A stretch of DNA of 63,963 bases, counting the filler, from Octopus bimaculoides (taxonomy: Eukaryota): NCBI RefSeq assembly GCF_001194135.2. It is 5 parts of 3 records of this genome, joined end to end, with 100 filler letters (N's around TTAATTAATTAA, not from the genome) between each part and the next. Parts side by side here need not be neighbours in the genome. Positions count along the whole stretch, not along the records: positions 1 to 15,231 come from NC_068981.1; 4 more parts are not named here. One strand, given 5' to 3'. Of the stretch, positions 1 to 13,582 are shown piece by piece (position 1 is the first letter of the stretch; the number at the start of each line of letters is the position of its first letter). Below the pieces are notes generated by a model, which saw only the letters and a program-made list of their open reading frames with translations, ran no database searches and was not told where the DNA came from. Both the position numbers and the translations under genes were made by a program.

Positions 1-197
1 ATTGATAGGCTTCCCCGCCACTTTTTTTCCCCGATCCCTTTTGATCGAAATTCTACGCCGCCTTTTTTTCATTCCTTCCATAAAAGAAAAAAATTACTTT
101 GTATTTTGTCCCCTCTGTGTTCAGCCCAATGTGGCCAATAAAGAAACGTATCTATCTATCCATCCATCCGTCCATCCATCCATCCATCCGTCCGTCC

Positions 198-241
<44 letters not shown>

Positions 242-408
242 TGCTCATTTTATTTCAGACAAGTGTCGGGCACAATATTGAGCTGGATTTTCCAAATTGT
301 CATCCATTAAGTAGCCAATACATTTGCTGCTACTTAACTTCTGTCGAGTGGCACCGGCGTGTTTAACTATAATTTGACTACAATAACATGAAATCCGTTT
401 ATACTTAC

Positions 409-489
409 ACTTAGGAGAACATATATCATTCAAATAGATGTTGATAATGCAATTTGCACGCGTGTAGCTGTCGTCACCGAGTGTTTTCA
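409..489 (-). CDS. Candidate 81-nt internal coding exon (phase 1-1) of an unidentified gene: (V)KTLGDDSYTRANCIINIYLNDICSPK
   Basis: Minus-strand acceptor tttattacAG (plus 490-491) and donor GTAAGT (plus 403-408). Only one of the three frames is open. No homology recognised. Confidence 0.35.
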
Positions 490-699
490 CTGTAATAAAT
501 GTTTGTACTGTACTGTTTAAAAATGGAATTATATGAGATAATGTAACCTGATGTACATTACTGATGTGGAAAAAAAATATAAAAGAGATTGTCACAAATT
601 CAAAGTCCTTGATCATAGTTTTACGAGATTAGGTCTAGCATGGAGCTAAACAACAGTGACAACTCGAATATTTCTCAATCTATCAACATGTCCTAAATG

Positions 700-1500
700 T
701 CTTTTTAACTTTGTTTCTCACAAATTCTTCTACGCCAGAATGGTTCTTTACGTTCTGCTTGTTCTTTTCTTTTGTATCCAACTCTATCTGCAGCAACCAT
801 AGCTGCAGCCCAAATAATCTTGTTTTCAGTTATATTTCTCGTCTGGAATAGTCCAAGAACCGAATCTATCTTTTTGGTTTCAACTTTGAGCATGTGTCGA
901 TCAGTGTACCTCAGGTTGCAGGGTGCTTGATTTTGGTCTTCTCTAATATATCTGCACAGCGTCCTCACTATGTCTTGTTGGTCATCATCGTATTCTTATG
1001 ATATAGCTCTTCCTATTACTTCTGTTTCATTTGCTGAGAATGCACTTACTTTTACATTTTGCTCTACGTCTTCACTGCCGCCTTTCATTTTCTTTTTCTC
1101 ACTGGGAACGTTATCTGTTGGTGAAGTATTATTTTTATCTTCTACTTTCCTTTTTATCTCTTCTATTTCTTTGTCTGTTAACCCCTCTTTTGCTCTTACT
1201 GCTCTTGGCTGGCTGGCTAACTGTTGCTCACTTGTTTCAATGAGTCCTATCTCATTCCATTTTCGTTTCATTCATTGTCGGAATCTCCTTCTGCTGGTTT
1301 CACTCCTGACCCAGCATTCAATTACCGTTCAGTTTGCCTTCTTATCCTACCTTCTTCTCTGTCTCTGGCTTTGTATATAAGCAGTCTCTGGATGATACCC
1401 GGGCCTGCGCTGCTCAACTACAGGGCACCTGCCGTGCGAAAGGCTTTCACCTTTGGTTCCACCTCATTAACACCATTATTTGATACATTTGTATTAGATA
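700..1500 (-). mobile_element. R4/Dong-clade (Rex6-like) RLE non-LTR retrotransposon, decayed N-terminal ORF region
   Basis: Minus-strand peptides MKRKWNEIGLIETSEQQLASQPRAVRAKEGLTDKEIEEIKRKVE and TRNITENKIIWAAAMVAADRVGYKRKEQAERKEPFWRRR match my recollection of R4/Dong N-terminal motifs; stops and frameshifts present. Confidence 0.7.
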
Positions 1501-1863
1501 TTTTCACTCACATTGAGGTATGTGTTTTAAGGTTAGCCACCAACTGGTATTTTCATCAAGACACCATCTCTAGTAAGATTGATAACCAAGACTGAAGAGC
1601 TCTTACTACCCATAAGTTGGGCCTGTTCCCTTCGTATTTCTGTGTGTTAGGGACCATGATCGTGATTCTCACTAGGAGACAGGTGAGCGTCAGTTGGTCC
1701 CGTATTTTCATCCAAATATTATTCGGGGTTCATTCGTCTTCATCCTAAGCACGGAGTCGTTGGACACTGATAGGTTATCACTACTGTGACTGAGGAGTCC
1801 TATCTACCTCAGTTTTAAATCAGAGTGTTCTTTCTCTTAGACAGACTGCCAACCAAGGCTCAC

Positions 1864-1969
1864 CAGTTCTCTCTACCCGTTTTCCGATGGGCATTGACTC
1901 TATTGAGTTCCTCTGCTCTTTGCCGGGTTTTATTTTTAATTCTGCAGGGTGTCGAAAATCCACCCTCAT
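1864..1969 (-). CDS. Candidate first coding exon of an unidentified gene: MRVDFRHPAELKIKPGKEQRNSIESMPIGKRVERT
   Basis: ATG at 1969 with A at -3; strong donor CTG|GTGAGC after 1864 (phase 1, compatible with exon 409-489); CpG-rich sequence just upstream. Confidence 0.3.
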
Positions 1970-2414
1970 TATTACTATTTGTAGAAGACAGCCAGTCACC
2001 AATGTATACAAATCATCATACTTGTCCAAAGGAAAGACACCATGTTCGGGCCGATTCAGCAAGCGCAAGTGTTGTCGTGAGCGATGCTGCCAGAGCGCGA
2101 AGGGCCGAAAGAGATACCACAAACATCCCGTCCGGCTCTCCAATAAATCCGCCAATTCCCCACCATCGATTTGTAACTTTTTATCGATCCAGAGAAATAA
2201 AACGTAAAATTGACCTGCTTGCAGAATTTGAACTTCCCGAACGTACAAAATCACAACAAATACTGTATGGTGTTGTATCTAAAACTCTAGCGGCTCTACC
2301 AACTCGCCACCTTATGCTTCCTATACATAAATTAATGATAACTAAATCAGACTTAAGGCCATGTAGTACTTGACTAGATTTTATTTTATCTAGACAGAAA
2401 CGATGGTTTCAAAT

Positions 2415-2790
2415 TTTGGTACAAGGCCAGAAATTTCAGAGAAGGGTGTAAGTCGATTACATCGACCCCAGTACTCAACTGTTGCTTATTTTACAACCTC
2501 AAAAAGAATTAAATGCAAAGTCGATCTCGGTTGCATTTAAACTCAGAATGTAAAATTGAAAGAAATGCCGCAAAGCATTTTGTCCTGCGCGGTAAATATT
2601 TTGCCAGATTACCGCCTTATCTGCACAGAAATATTGGTTTTAAAGTTTGGCGCTGGGTCAGTAATTTCAGAGAAGAGGGCAAGTCGATTACAACGACCGA
2701 AGTGCTTGACTTGTACTTACTTTATTGATGAAAGGCAAAGTCGATATCGACGGAATTTGAACTCAGAATGTAAAATATCTGCTCAGAAAT
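2415..2790 (-). mobile_element. Two decayed tandem copies of tRNA-derived SINE family A
   Basis: Shares gtcgattacatcgacccc and gaaaggcaaagtcga..cggaatttgaactcagaa blocks with the cleaner copies at 6006 and 6871. Confidence 0.75.
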
Positions 2791-3654
2791 ATTAAAGACA
2801 AATCTAATCCCGGCGAGGTTTGAACTTGGAACATACTTAACTGAGTAAACATTTAACTGAGTAAACAGAAAACATTTTCTTCGACGTTCTTCCAATTCTT
2901 CTTTTATATTATACGCTAATATAAATATTTTCCCATATGTTTTCTTTTGATCTAGTAAACAGTCACACATCTCAGCTAATAAATGTATTGATTTTATGTT
3001 GAGTCATATTTCTCATCCGGCATGGTCATGTGATTAACAAGTTCGCTTCCACGTGCTTCTAGGTTTTCAGAGAATTGCACGTGAGGCAATTCTTTGAGGT
3101 TGATCAATATTTCTGAGTGAAATTTAGTAGCGAAAAAATGACTCTGAAAAGTCTGGAGTATGTATGTATACACACACACAAACATAAGCATTTACACACA
3201 CACACACATGCACACGCACCAATGGAATCGGTTGAGCAAAATTTTACCCAAAAGAGCGAACTTCTTCTGGTTTATCTCTTTTCTTGAAGACTGTTATGAT
3301 GGTTGCATTTCAAAGACTAGCAGTCATCTCTTCTCTAACCCAGTTTTATGGAAATAGGACACAAAACTTTGTTGCGGGAAATTTTTCATTTAGAATTCCA
3401 ACGCATCTGGGTGTCTTGTTCTTTAAGAAACAAATAGGTTTTAGGTTTCTGTTTTACTAGATAATGCAGTTAAGCTGTTGATCGTTGGGCTTCGTGTGGT
3501 GTTATCCAAAGAATTTCGTTGACTGAACAATCACGAAAATGTTCTTTCTATCTGTTGTTGACAGCTGCTTGTTCTTATAGATTATACCGTTGTTAAGCTT
3601 GAGGTGGGTTGGGCCTTCTAGAGGCATTTTAAATACGATTTATTGTCACCTGCT

Positions 3655-3965
3655 TGAAAGCGTTTAGGGCATTCGGTTCACGATTGTAAGATCTTCAGTT
3701 CGATTTCCGATGGTGCCTTGTATCCTTGGGCAAAATACTTTGTTTCACGTTGCTCCAGTCCACTCAGCTGGCAAATATGAGTAGTACCTACATTTCAGTG
3801 GGCCAGCCTTGTCACATTCTGTGTCACGCTGAATCTCCCTTTGAATTACGTTAAAGGTATGCGTATCTGCGTAGTGCTCAGCCACTTGCACGTTAACTTC
3901 ACGAGCAGGCTGTTCCGTTGACTGGATCAACTGGAACACTCGTAGTCGTAATCGACGGAGTGCCA
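3655..3965 (+). mobile_element. tRNA-headed SINE with CORE-like centre and hairpin tail (family B1); another copy at about 7650-7920
   Basis: B-box-like gttcgatt, CORE-like tatccttgggcaaaatactttgtttcacgttgctccagtccactcagctg, and tail gtgctcagccacttgcacgttaa..cacgagcaggctgttcc repeated at 7860 and 60670. Confidence 0.75.
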
Positions 3966-3974
3966 GTGCCACGG

Positions 3975-4760
3975 TCACCAGCAAGAACGAAAAGCCGCGA
4001 GGAACACAAACTCTGCATGGCTTCCTTTGATCTCTTCAATGTGTTTGATTTCTAAGTCATGAAGTTTTGTAGAAGTGTTCGCGAAACTTGGATGTTCATA
4101 TAAATTCTTTACAATAACAAGGATTTTACAAGGCAAAATGAAAGCCGAAGTGCTGTGTCAGTCTTACCCAACAGATTCAGTTTGAAATGAAAACTAGAGT
4201 TAGGCAGGCGTGTGTGATTGACCCTCTGCCCTTTCTCATCTTTTCTGCGATGCTCGAGTTCATTGTGAGATATGGACACCTGTCTAGTGTTCATATCTCA
4301 TACCGCACAGATGGCAAGCTATTTAGTTCTAGCAGACCCTGTGCCAGATCAAAGACCACGGCTACATGAGTAACTGAACTTCAGTACTCATATGAAGTCA
4401 TAGTTATGCGACTTTAACTGAAGAACTACAGACAATTTTAGACATTGCTTCTTACGCATATAAAAGTATGGACCTAACTTACAACATTAATAATATAATG
4501 GACTTGCATCAATAAGCACTCGACAAGCAGCAACCAGATGCAGTCATTCGGATACATGGCGAAAACGTCAGGTACTTCCAATATCTAGATAGTTCCTTGT
4601 TAAAGAACGCAGAAGTTGATGAGGAGATCCAACACCAGATAAAGTGAATCAAGCATCTTGTTGATAAACAAGATAGTAGAAAGTGGCGCGAAGCAGTTAA
4701 CGTATTGTTTCTTTGCCGGTGAGACAAGAAATACTCGCCATACAACAGGACTTGTGGTCC
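3975..4760 (+). mobile_element. RTE (Bov-B-like) LINE, decayed reverse transcriptase fragment
   Basis: Peptides VRQACVIDPLPFLIFSAML, HISYRTDGKLFSSSRPCARSK and VRYFQYLDSSLLKNAEVDEEIQHQIK; YRTDGKLF is typical of RTE-clade RT. Confidence 0.75.
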
Positions 4761-5522
4761 CTGCATTGGCTAATATAGACATATGCGGATCTACAAAAAT
4801 CAAATTCAGGGTACCGGGAAATTGCTGATGATGGTGACGATTCAAATATAAGGAAAAATTACTCAATGCATTTAATAATAACAATAGTAATTCAAGTAGA
4901 TTTTATCTACCGTTACTTCCATTTGAACGTAATGGATCTTTCTGATTTGGCGGACACCATTTTTTATTTATGTTTTATTTACCAAATCAGAAAGATCCCA
5001 GATTTGACTAATGGTTTTAATATTAATTATAGACTTATAAATACTGAGATTCTAAGATATAAGCGTTTATAGTATAAAATTTAACATTTAGAATATTTAA
5101 CGGTTGACAAGATATTTATATGTTAGGGTAAAAGTAAAAATAAAAGGGATGTAGTAAGAAAACTGTGAGATAATGAATCATGTATGGAGAAATACAAAAT
5201 GAAATGCAATATGGCAGTGGATACCTGATATTTGTAATCAGCGTCTCTGTTCTTTCTATTTCCATGTACATTGATCAAGCTTAATCTAGTTAGCTGAATA
5301 ACAAATACTATCAAAATCATAACATATCCATTGCTTTCACCAGTCGGTTTTAAAGACTAGATCTACTCCCATGCTGCAATTTCCAGCAACTTCAAGTATT
5401 ACATCTTATTAGAGGGAACGTTTTGTTTATTAATTGCATGGTCAAACTCAGTTAACAGATGTTTTTACGACTCACTATATTACATATGTTAGGCGCTACC
5501 ATGTATAAGGAGAGCAGAACAG

Positions 5523-5526
<4 letters not shown>

Positions 5527-5603
<77 letters not shown>

Positions 5604-5654
5604 AAAGACAGGGAACGAAGAAGAGACAAAAATGAAGGTTAGCAGAAGATAAAC

Positions 5655-5718
<64 letters not shown>

Positions 5719-5725
5719 AAAAGAA
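5527..5725. repeat. (AG)n and (GAAA)n microsatellites, representative of very many (AT)n, (ATAG)n, (GTCT)n, (ACAT)n, (TAA)n, (GAT)n and (GGT)n arrays across the window
   Basis: Directly visible; these arrays account for most low-complexity ORFs in the ORF track and flank most N gaps. Confidence 0.98.
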
Positions 5726-6005
5726 AGGAAGAAATGGTAAGAGAACATTTACTGGGCTAAGCTAATAAGAGGCACAACTAGAAAACGTTTATTTATGAGA
5801 GAGGATTGTGAAAGTGAAAAAGCAAGTGCAAGGCTTGTGATTACATAAGTAGTTGACGGAATAGAGAGAAGAAGAGGCATTGATGTAAAAAAGAAAAAGA
5901 GAAGAAACGAATAAATATGCGAGTGTTGAAGAAGGAAGAAAGAGCAAGTTATACTAATATAAAAAAAAGACGTCAAGACTACATGAGGAAGAGACAGATA
6001 TATTT

Positions 6006-6237
6006 ATTTCTTTATTGCCCACAGAGGGCTAAACATAGAGGGGGACAAACAAGGACAGACAAAGGGATTAAGTCGATTACATCGATCCCAGTGCGTAACT
6101 GGTACTTATTTAATCGACCCCAAAAGGATGAAAGGCAAAGTCGACCTCGGCGGAATTTGAACTCAGAACGTAAAGACAGACGAAATACCGCAACGGATTT
6201 CGCCCGTGCTAACATTTCTGCCAGCTCGCCGCCTTGG
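6006..6237 (-). mobile_element. Full-length SINE family A (tail type 1) with 16-bp target-site duplication
   Basis: AGAGACAGATATATTT at 5990-6005 and 6238-6253; A-box-like ggcgagctggcagaa and B-box gagttcaaattcc on the minus strand. Confidence 0.92.
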
Positions 6238-6870
6238 AGAGACAGATATATTTGACAGCACAGCGAAAACAACTGATAGATACAGGAACCCAATAAAGCA
6301 TTAAGACAGATAAGATTGACGTCAATACGACACAATAAAAACATGCATTCCCTTCTAGCTAGCGACAAATTTAAGGTATGCGTTTATCATATCCTTTGTA
6401 ATTAGTACAGCTGAAATGAGACACAATCATTTCTGTAATTACACTGAGAGATTATCTATAATGATAGCCATAAGCGCGTTCCAGAAAAATAGCAATACTA
6501 AGCTGTGAGGCATATTAAAACTGCCATTTTTAACCACCTTCTATTGTAATTTCTTATATTAACGTGATAACTGTTATTGTAATTATAAAGAGTTGCATTT
6601 CATGGAGCCGAACGTAGTCGTTTGGTTTGCAAGAGATAATAACCAAATACCCTTCAAATTACACCCGTTCGCTTTAAGAGAGAGAGAGAGAGGGGGGAGA
6701 GAGAGAGAGAGAGGGGGAGGGAGAGAGAGAGGGGGGAGGGAGAGAGAGAGAAAATAAAGAACGTACAGCACATTGTTTAACGCTGGTCATAGATATATGT
6801 CTGAAGAAAAGACGGGATGGTCACTGCTGGATTACTTTCGACTATAAGTGTACTTGATGAATATAGAATT

Positions 6871-7083
6871 CTTTTTCTACTCTAGGCACAAGGCCCGAAA
6901 TTTTTAGGGAGAGGGCCAGTCGATTACATCAACCCCAGTATGCAACTGGTACTTAATTTATTGACCCCGAAAGGATGAAAGGAAAAATCGACCTCGGCGG
7001 AATTTGAACTCAGAACGTAAAGACAGACGAAATACCGCTAAGCATTTCGCCCGGCGTGCTAACGTTTCGGCCAGCTCGCCACC
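6871..7083 (-). mobile_element. Full-length SINE family A (tail type 2) with 18-bp target-site duplication
   Basis: CTTGATGAATATAGAATT at 6853-6870 and 7084-7101; same head and core as the 6006 copy but a different 3' tail. Confidence 0.92.
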
Positions 7084-7148
7084 CTTGATGAATATAGAAT
7101 TAAACAACAATAACTAGCACAACCGCTGCCACCAGCACCACCAGCACC

Positions 7149-7180
<32 letters not shown>

Positions 7181-9198
7181 CAACAACAACTACATAACTA
7201 CAACAACCGAAACAACAGCAGAAGTAGCAACAACGACGGCGATAGCAACAACGGTGGCAATAGCAACAACGACTACGATAGCAACAACAACGACAATAAC
7301 AACAATAATAGTAAAAACCATTTACATAATACATTGAAACTCAAGTTTCTCTCTTTCCGCTCTCATCTTTCGCTTGAAGTGATACTGGATAAGACAATGA
7401 GAGTTTTATTGGAAATTTACTGGAAGAAAAAAAAAAAAAAGACCTGATTTTAAAAGTTGCGACTGCACCTCATTCACTCGCTTACCACACTAAAACAATA
7501 GTCATAGCAGTTATATTAGTTTCTCAAGATATATTTTCAAAATACATGTTTCTCAAGAAGCTGGTGAGTTTGTAGAGCCGTTAGGGTGTTTGATAAAAAA
7601 TTCCTTGCGGTGTCTCCTTACATCTCCCTTTTATTAAATGTTTCAGAAGACGCGTGGCTTAGAGGCTAGGATATTCGGCTCACGATCGTAAGGTTGTGAG
7701 TTCGATTACCGGCGGCGCGTTGTGTAATTGTGCAAAGCGCTTTATTTTACGTTGCAACAATCCACTCAGTTGTAACTGAAGGGGCTAGCTTTGTCACATT
7801 CTGTGTCACGCTGTACCCCTATGAGAACTACGTTAAGTACACGCATATCTGTAGAGTGCTCAGCCACTTGCACGTTAATTTCACGTGCAGATTGTTCTGT
7901 TACTCAGATCAAACATTGAACTTCGACCATATTTAAATACAGCTTTGAAGTATTAAATCGATGAGATCGATCCCGGTATTGATATTTCTTTTTAAAGTTT
8001 GATATTTGATTTTTTTTATCGAACCGCTATGTAACAGGGACATAAAGAAATCAATATTGACTGTCAAGTAGGGAGAAACAAACACAAAGATGCACACGCG
8101 CACGCGCACATAATGAACTTCCGTACAGTTTCCTCTATCAAATTTCCCCTCAAGATATTATTAGTCGGCCCAGAGTTGTACTAGAAGGCATTTATCAATG
8201 GTACCATACAGTGTGACTGAACCCAAAGCCACATGGCTGCGAAGTGAACTTCTTAACCACACAATCATACCTTTGCCTGCACGTTCTGGTCCCACGACTT
8301 GGTAGTAGAGGCTCGTGGCTTAGTGATTAGGGGTATTGGACTCATGATCGTCAGATTGTTGTTTCGATTCCTGAACTGGGCGTCACGTTGTGTTCTTGAG
8401 CAAAGCACTTCTTTTCACGTTGCTCCAGTCCACTCAGCTGGTAAAAGTGAATAATACAGCGACCCTATGAGTCTCTATGACTCGGGAAGGGCGGTAACTT
8501 GGCAGAGTTGTCTGCAAAATACCGCCGGAGTCAACTTTGATTTTCATTCTTTCGCGATCGTTTAATAAAGTACTAGTCTAGTACTAGAGTCGTTTCCTTC
8601 AGTCTATCTCTGGAGATAGAAATAATATTGAAAATCCTGCATGTCATAACGGGGCCCCATAAGATTCCATAAGGAGTTGAGTGCCCAAGAAGAACTTGAC
8701 GGCTCAAGAACTACTTGACTGTACTTTATTTTATTACCTCAGAAGTTAGAAAGATAAAACATATTAAAGTAGGGTGGTCAATTTCGTCCAGTGTACCCAC
8801 AGCCTAAAAATTATGTATGGCATGTTACTAATGTTAGCCATTCCAAGGATGGAGGCTGGTAGAATGTGTAGAACAATGGACAAAATATTTTCTTAGTTCA
8901 AATTCCACTGAGGTCGACTCTGCCCTACTTCTTTGAGGATTCGAAAAAATATGTACCGAAAAAGTGTTGAAGTTCATTAATTTGATTACTCCCCTCTTTA
9001 AAAATGAGAGGCCAGGTTTTTATATTAACAAACAGTGTTTAGTTTCATCCTTATTCATTTTAAGTCCATAATGTGCTGGAACGGATTTTGTTTTTCATAC
9101 TTCCGGAATGAAGCGTCTAGATTGATCTAATCGGATCTCGCTCCTTGCCCGACATTGTATTATGCATCATACTTTGTAGTTGATTCTTATGTCGTCAA

Positions 9199-9229
<31 letters not shown>

Positions 9230-9589
9230 AAAGGCTTGAAGTGGATAAGCAAACTTATCAATATAAGATCAATAGGTTAGTGAACGAAATCAGTGCATGT
9301 ATATATGGGTGTGTGTGCGTACACATATTATACATATATTCTATGTAACATCAGAATGTAGACCTCTACCGGCCTAAGTGGTTCAATAATTCAATGTCGT
9401 TAAACCACTGGACTTCCACGTGTACAGCTTTGAATGAAATAGTTGAGACACTAATTCATACAAAATGTTACAATTTTCAATTTCAACATTCAATCAATTG
9501 TGTAATCGAAATGTTCTATTTGGCTACACGTGAAATGTAATTTGCTGAAGCGTAATCCACATATGTAAAAGGGGTAAAGACCCTTTCGG

Positions 9590-9900
9590 TCATGAATGAC
9601 CATAGGATTGCACCTAGAAAGTTCCTCTTCGAGGCACAAGCCCGGGCAAAGTTGTTTGCGGAAGACCAGCAGTTGCCCATGTAAACCAGCCTCCTCTCTC
9701 CACACCACTGATGTTGTGCAGGAGAAAGGCAAAGGCCGATACAGCTTGGCACCAGTGACGTAACAATTCATTTCTACAGCTGAGTGAACTGGAGTAACGA
9801 GAAATAAAGTGTCTTACCCAAGAACACAACACAGCTTGGTCCGGGAATCGAACTCACTACCTCATGATTGTGAGCCCAACGCTCTAGCCACTGAGCCATA
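9590..9900 (-). mobile_element. tRNA/CORE-like SINE family C; second copy at about 59390-59690 (+)
   Basis: The two copies translate to near-identical pseudo-peptides (GLHGQLLVFRKQLCPGLCLEEELSRCNPMVIHDR vs GMHGQLLVFHKQPCPDLCLGGELSRCNPMVIHDR); tRNA-like head with gttcgattcc. Confidence 0.8.
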
Positions 9901-10523
9901 TGCAATCGGTAACTTATCGGAAACGAGATACGGCAAGTCGATATCTCATTCAACTAAAACGTGTCTTGTATTAAGACTTGGTCATATAATAATAGACTAC
10001 GACATATTCTTCTATTTCCTTGTTCTGGTTGAACCTGGTTGGATCATTGTATGTATGAAAGGTCACTGTATTTTCATTAGTCCAACCAGCTGGTGAAAAT
10101 CAGTGAACAATTAAAATTTCCGCGAAGGCCTCTACAAGTTCGAAACATTTACTTCATATCTGTTTGGAAAAAGAGCCATTGAAAATATGTGTTCAAGTAG
10201 GAAATAAGACAATATTAATATATTTTTGCTGTTTTCTAGTTTTGGAAAATACGCTTGTCTTTCGGGCAGATTACTTTGGAGCTAACAAAGGAGCCTCTAG
10301 CGCGTCCCTCAACCTGCTAGAAATAGCAACAAAATGCGGACAATCGCATCTTAATTTCTGAAAAAAATATAAAGGGCACATTGGATAATATACCAGATAC
10401 ACAATATACAAGTAGATGGGATTGTCAGGACTGGAAAGCCTTTGACCATAGCTCTGCTTAATTGGTGTTAATCTGGGGCTAAACAATAACTTACATTACT
10501 TGACAATTTAAATCTTCTGTATT

Positions 10524-10554
<31 letters not shown>

Positions 10555-10555
10555 C

Positions 10556-10599
<44 letters not shown>

Positions 10600-10914
10600 C
10601 AAAGAGATAGAAAGAGATAGAAAGAGAGAGAAAGAGATAGAAAGAGAGAGATACATGCATACATACACACACAATATCACAGAGAGAGGATTTACACATT
10701 AATCACACACACACTCATTTCACATACACAAAGGTTAAAGGAACTAAATATGATTGTAGACATAGCTTGTCTTACAAACAGGCGGTGCTTAAGCATTTGG
10801 GGGATTGGAACAGACCACAAACTGATATAGGAAGTGAGTAAAAGCATAAAGAATTTAGTGAGTAAAAGGAACCAACCACATGAAAAAATAATATGCATGC
10901 ACATATATGTTTAT

Positions 10915-11085
10915 TATTAGTTCGTCCGTCGTTGTCAACGATGCCTAAGGACATCACATGATGATGCGTGCTAGAAGGCCCTACCGCAGGTCTGGTATTG
11001 ATGGTCTGCTGGGACGGAAGGCAAGGCGTTGGCTCTGGATTTGCGTTGTTCGCGTTTTCTTCGTGCTCCTGCAATCCTGTTCTGC
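10915..11085 (-). mobile_element. RTE LINE 3' end
   Basis: YEQNRIAGARRKREQRK followed by a decayed C-terminal zinc-knuckle-like segment, then a catcgttgacaacgacggacgaact-taataata tail typical of RTE. Confidence 0.65.
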
Positions 11086-12588
11086 TCGTAGGAGTTGCTT
11101 ATAAATATTTATAAACCTCACAGATCCGGGATTCTTGAATCATAGGGAAATTTGGCAACTGTTTCTAGCAGATCGAACGACTGCATAAAGGTTTCCCTGT
11201 AATACAGACAGCGAATTCTTTTTTAGATATATAGTTTGTATAGCTGAAGGTTTGGTATTTCGGACTATAACGCATATTCAAGAGATATTTAGCAACTATT
11301 TATAGCAGAGTCACATTAATCAATGATACTTTTAGGTTTCGTCCTCCAGGGGTCGACAAATAAAGTATCTGTCAAGAGCGATAAAGTAACAGAATCGTTA
11401 TAGCGTCAGATAGTACGCTTTGCAATATTTTTTCTTTTGATCTTTGCGCTCCTAGTTTAAACTCCGCCGTGATCCACTTGAATAGTAGATTTAATATACA
11501 GTTTAACACCACCACGTAGTTCTTGGTTGCCTTTAGCTGAATCCACTCTATTGCAAACATTCGGGTTGAGCCTAGCATTTGAAGACAGCTTCTTCCCTCA
11601 CCCCTCTCACCAGTTTCAGTGAGGGTTAGAAAGAGTCATAGGCGTTGACTTACTCCTTGACTAAGCATTAAAAAAGAAATCTCGCAATAATTCCCTAGAT
11701 ATATAGATATGTCTGGGTTTATATATCCCGCTCCTTTCTCTGCGTTATGTCCGTCTCTCTTCGTCTGCTTATAAATGTGTGTTTGAGAGAGTTGTGATTA
11801 GGTTTTCCGATTTAAGCATAATGTGCCGAAGCAGCAGCTAGTCACTTGTTCACTAGGGACGAATTATTAAGGTTGAATCCTAGTTGAAAACTAGAAAATT
11901 TAAATTAAAAGACAAAAAAGAAAAACAGGAGAATAACACCAAAGACCGAAATAATAAAACATTCAATATCAATTCATAAGATGAAAAGAAACAATGCTTA
12001 TAGAGTGCAAATGATTTAAAGAGCATATAATTCATTTATAGAAAGAAAAAAACTTCACAAATATTTGTTCAAAATTGCAGAACTTATTCCTTCGCATATA
12101 TTCAAGCAGGGGCGACGTGAACAAAGCATCGCTCGTTCCACACTGTCGTCGTAGTTTCTTCTTTGCCAGTATCCATCGGCCATCAAATAGTCTCTGTACT
12201 AACTGAACGCTGGATCGGATCCAAAATGTTTTACTAAATATCATACATTGCAAGGGTAAATCTTAGCTACAACACTTCGTATATCGTTTGAAGATAAAAC
12301 AAACCTACAGACGTAACATGAGTGGGAACGCACTAATGAAGAAATAAGGCAGTGCACAAAGGGATCCATCGGCTTGTCAGCTTGCCCGTTAGACCGAAAG
12401 ATTTTTGAGAAATAGATTTTTTCCTTTGATGGATCCATCTTATTCCAGCAGAGCTCCAAACAATAAGGCATCATCCATTTAGGGACTCGAGTGACAACAG
12501 GGTATTCACCTTTTAATTAATATGTCAACGAATTTCTGTAGTAATGAAAGAAGCTCTGGAAAATCTTAGTTTCATTACTACAACACAA

Positions 12589-12638
<50 letters not shown>

Positions 12639-13173
12639 TGTGTCTGTGTGTATCGGAGTCAATTAGAAGCATTATAGACTCCCGTGCAAATTAACGCTCT
12701 GCGACCTTCTGAGTGAAATTGTTTTTATTAAACATGGCAATTTGACTGCTTATTTTTCAAACCTCTCAATCTCCCATCCTATGAAAAACGTTGCACTAAA
12801 ACCCCCAAGTAAAACGTCAACAAATTGCGTCTATTCTCTGGTTACTAATAGCCCATTCAACAGTATCTCACTGATACAGCCTTGATGTATATGTATTTAT
12901 GATACTTGAATAGGATGGAGTCGACTGTCAATGGCAATTAGAAAATACGTACACTTGCACTGAAAAAATAGCTGAAATTTTGTTTAAGAGTACTTATAAA
13001 ATGTTATACAGGAAAGTTGGCTCTTATAATAAAATACACAACGAAACAAATAATAACGAAATAATAATTGTCTATTTTTCTTCTTGTTTTGATGTTGTAT
13101 TAAATAAAGATGTTTATAGAATTAGATATTATATTATAATGATGTTATGCAGAGATGCTATGGTATATAGATA

Positions 13174-13528
13174 TCTATATACATAAAGATGAGAATGTGT
13201 ATCTATTCTGTCTGTGGCTGTGTGAATCCCTAAAACTTGAGAACTACACAACCAATTTCATTCAAATTTTACACATGCCTTACTTAGGGTCCATGTAGTG
13301 TCATAGGCCAAAAAATTTTTTAACTTCTTGTCTAGTGGGAGCCCAGAGCAATATCATATCTCCTCCGCTATTGCAGTATTACGTGTCAAAAGTGAAACAA
13401 CATCTCTCTATTGTAATGTCAAATATTTTCACTTTAATACTGAAGCTGTTAAAGTGAAACTATTATCTCACATATATACAGGCATACATATATATACATG
13501 CTTACATATATATAATCTATACATATTA

Positions 13529-13582
<54 letters not shown>

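Noticed and set aside
1825-2373. 182-aa + strand ORF with an acceptor-like tctgcAG at 1957
   Set aside because: No recognisable homology; overlapping ORFs on both strands are expected in a GC-richer patch; no supporting upstream exon.
12030-12480. Moderately complex unique region with short minus-strand ORFs
   Set aside because: All frames are interrupted and no motif could be assigned with confidence.
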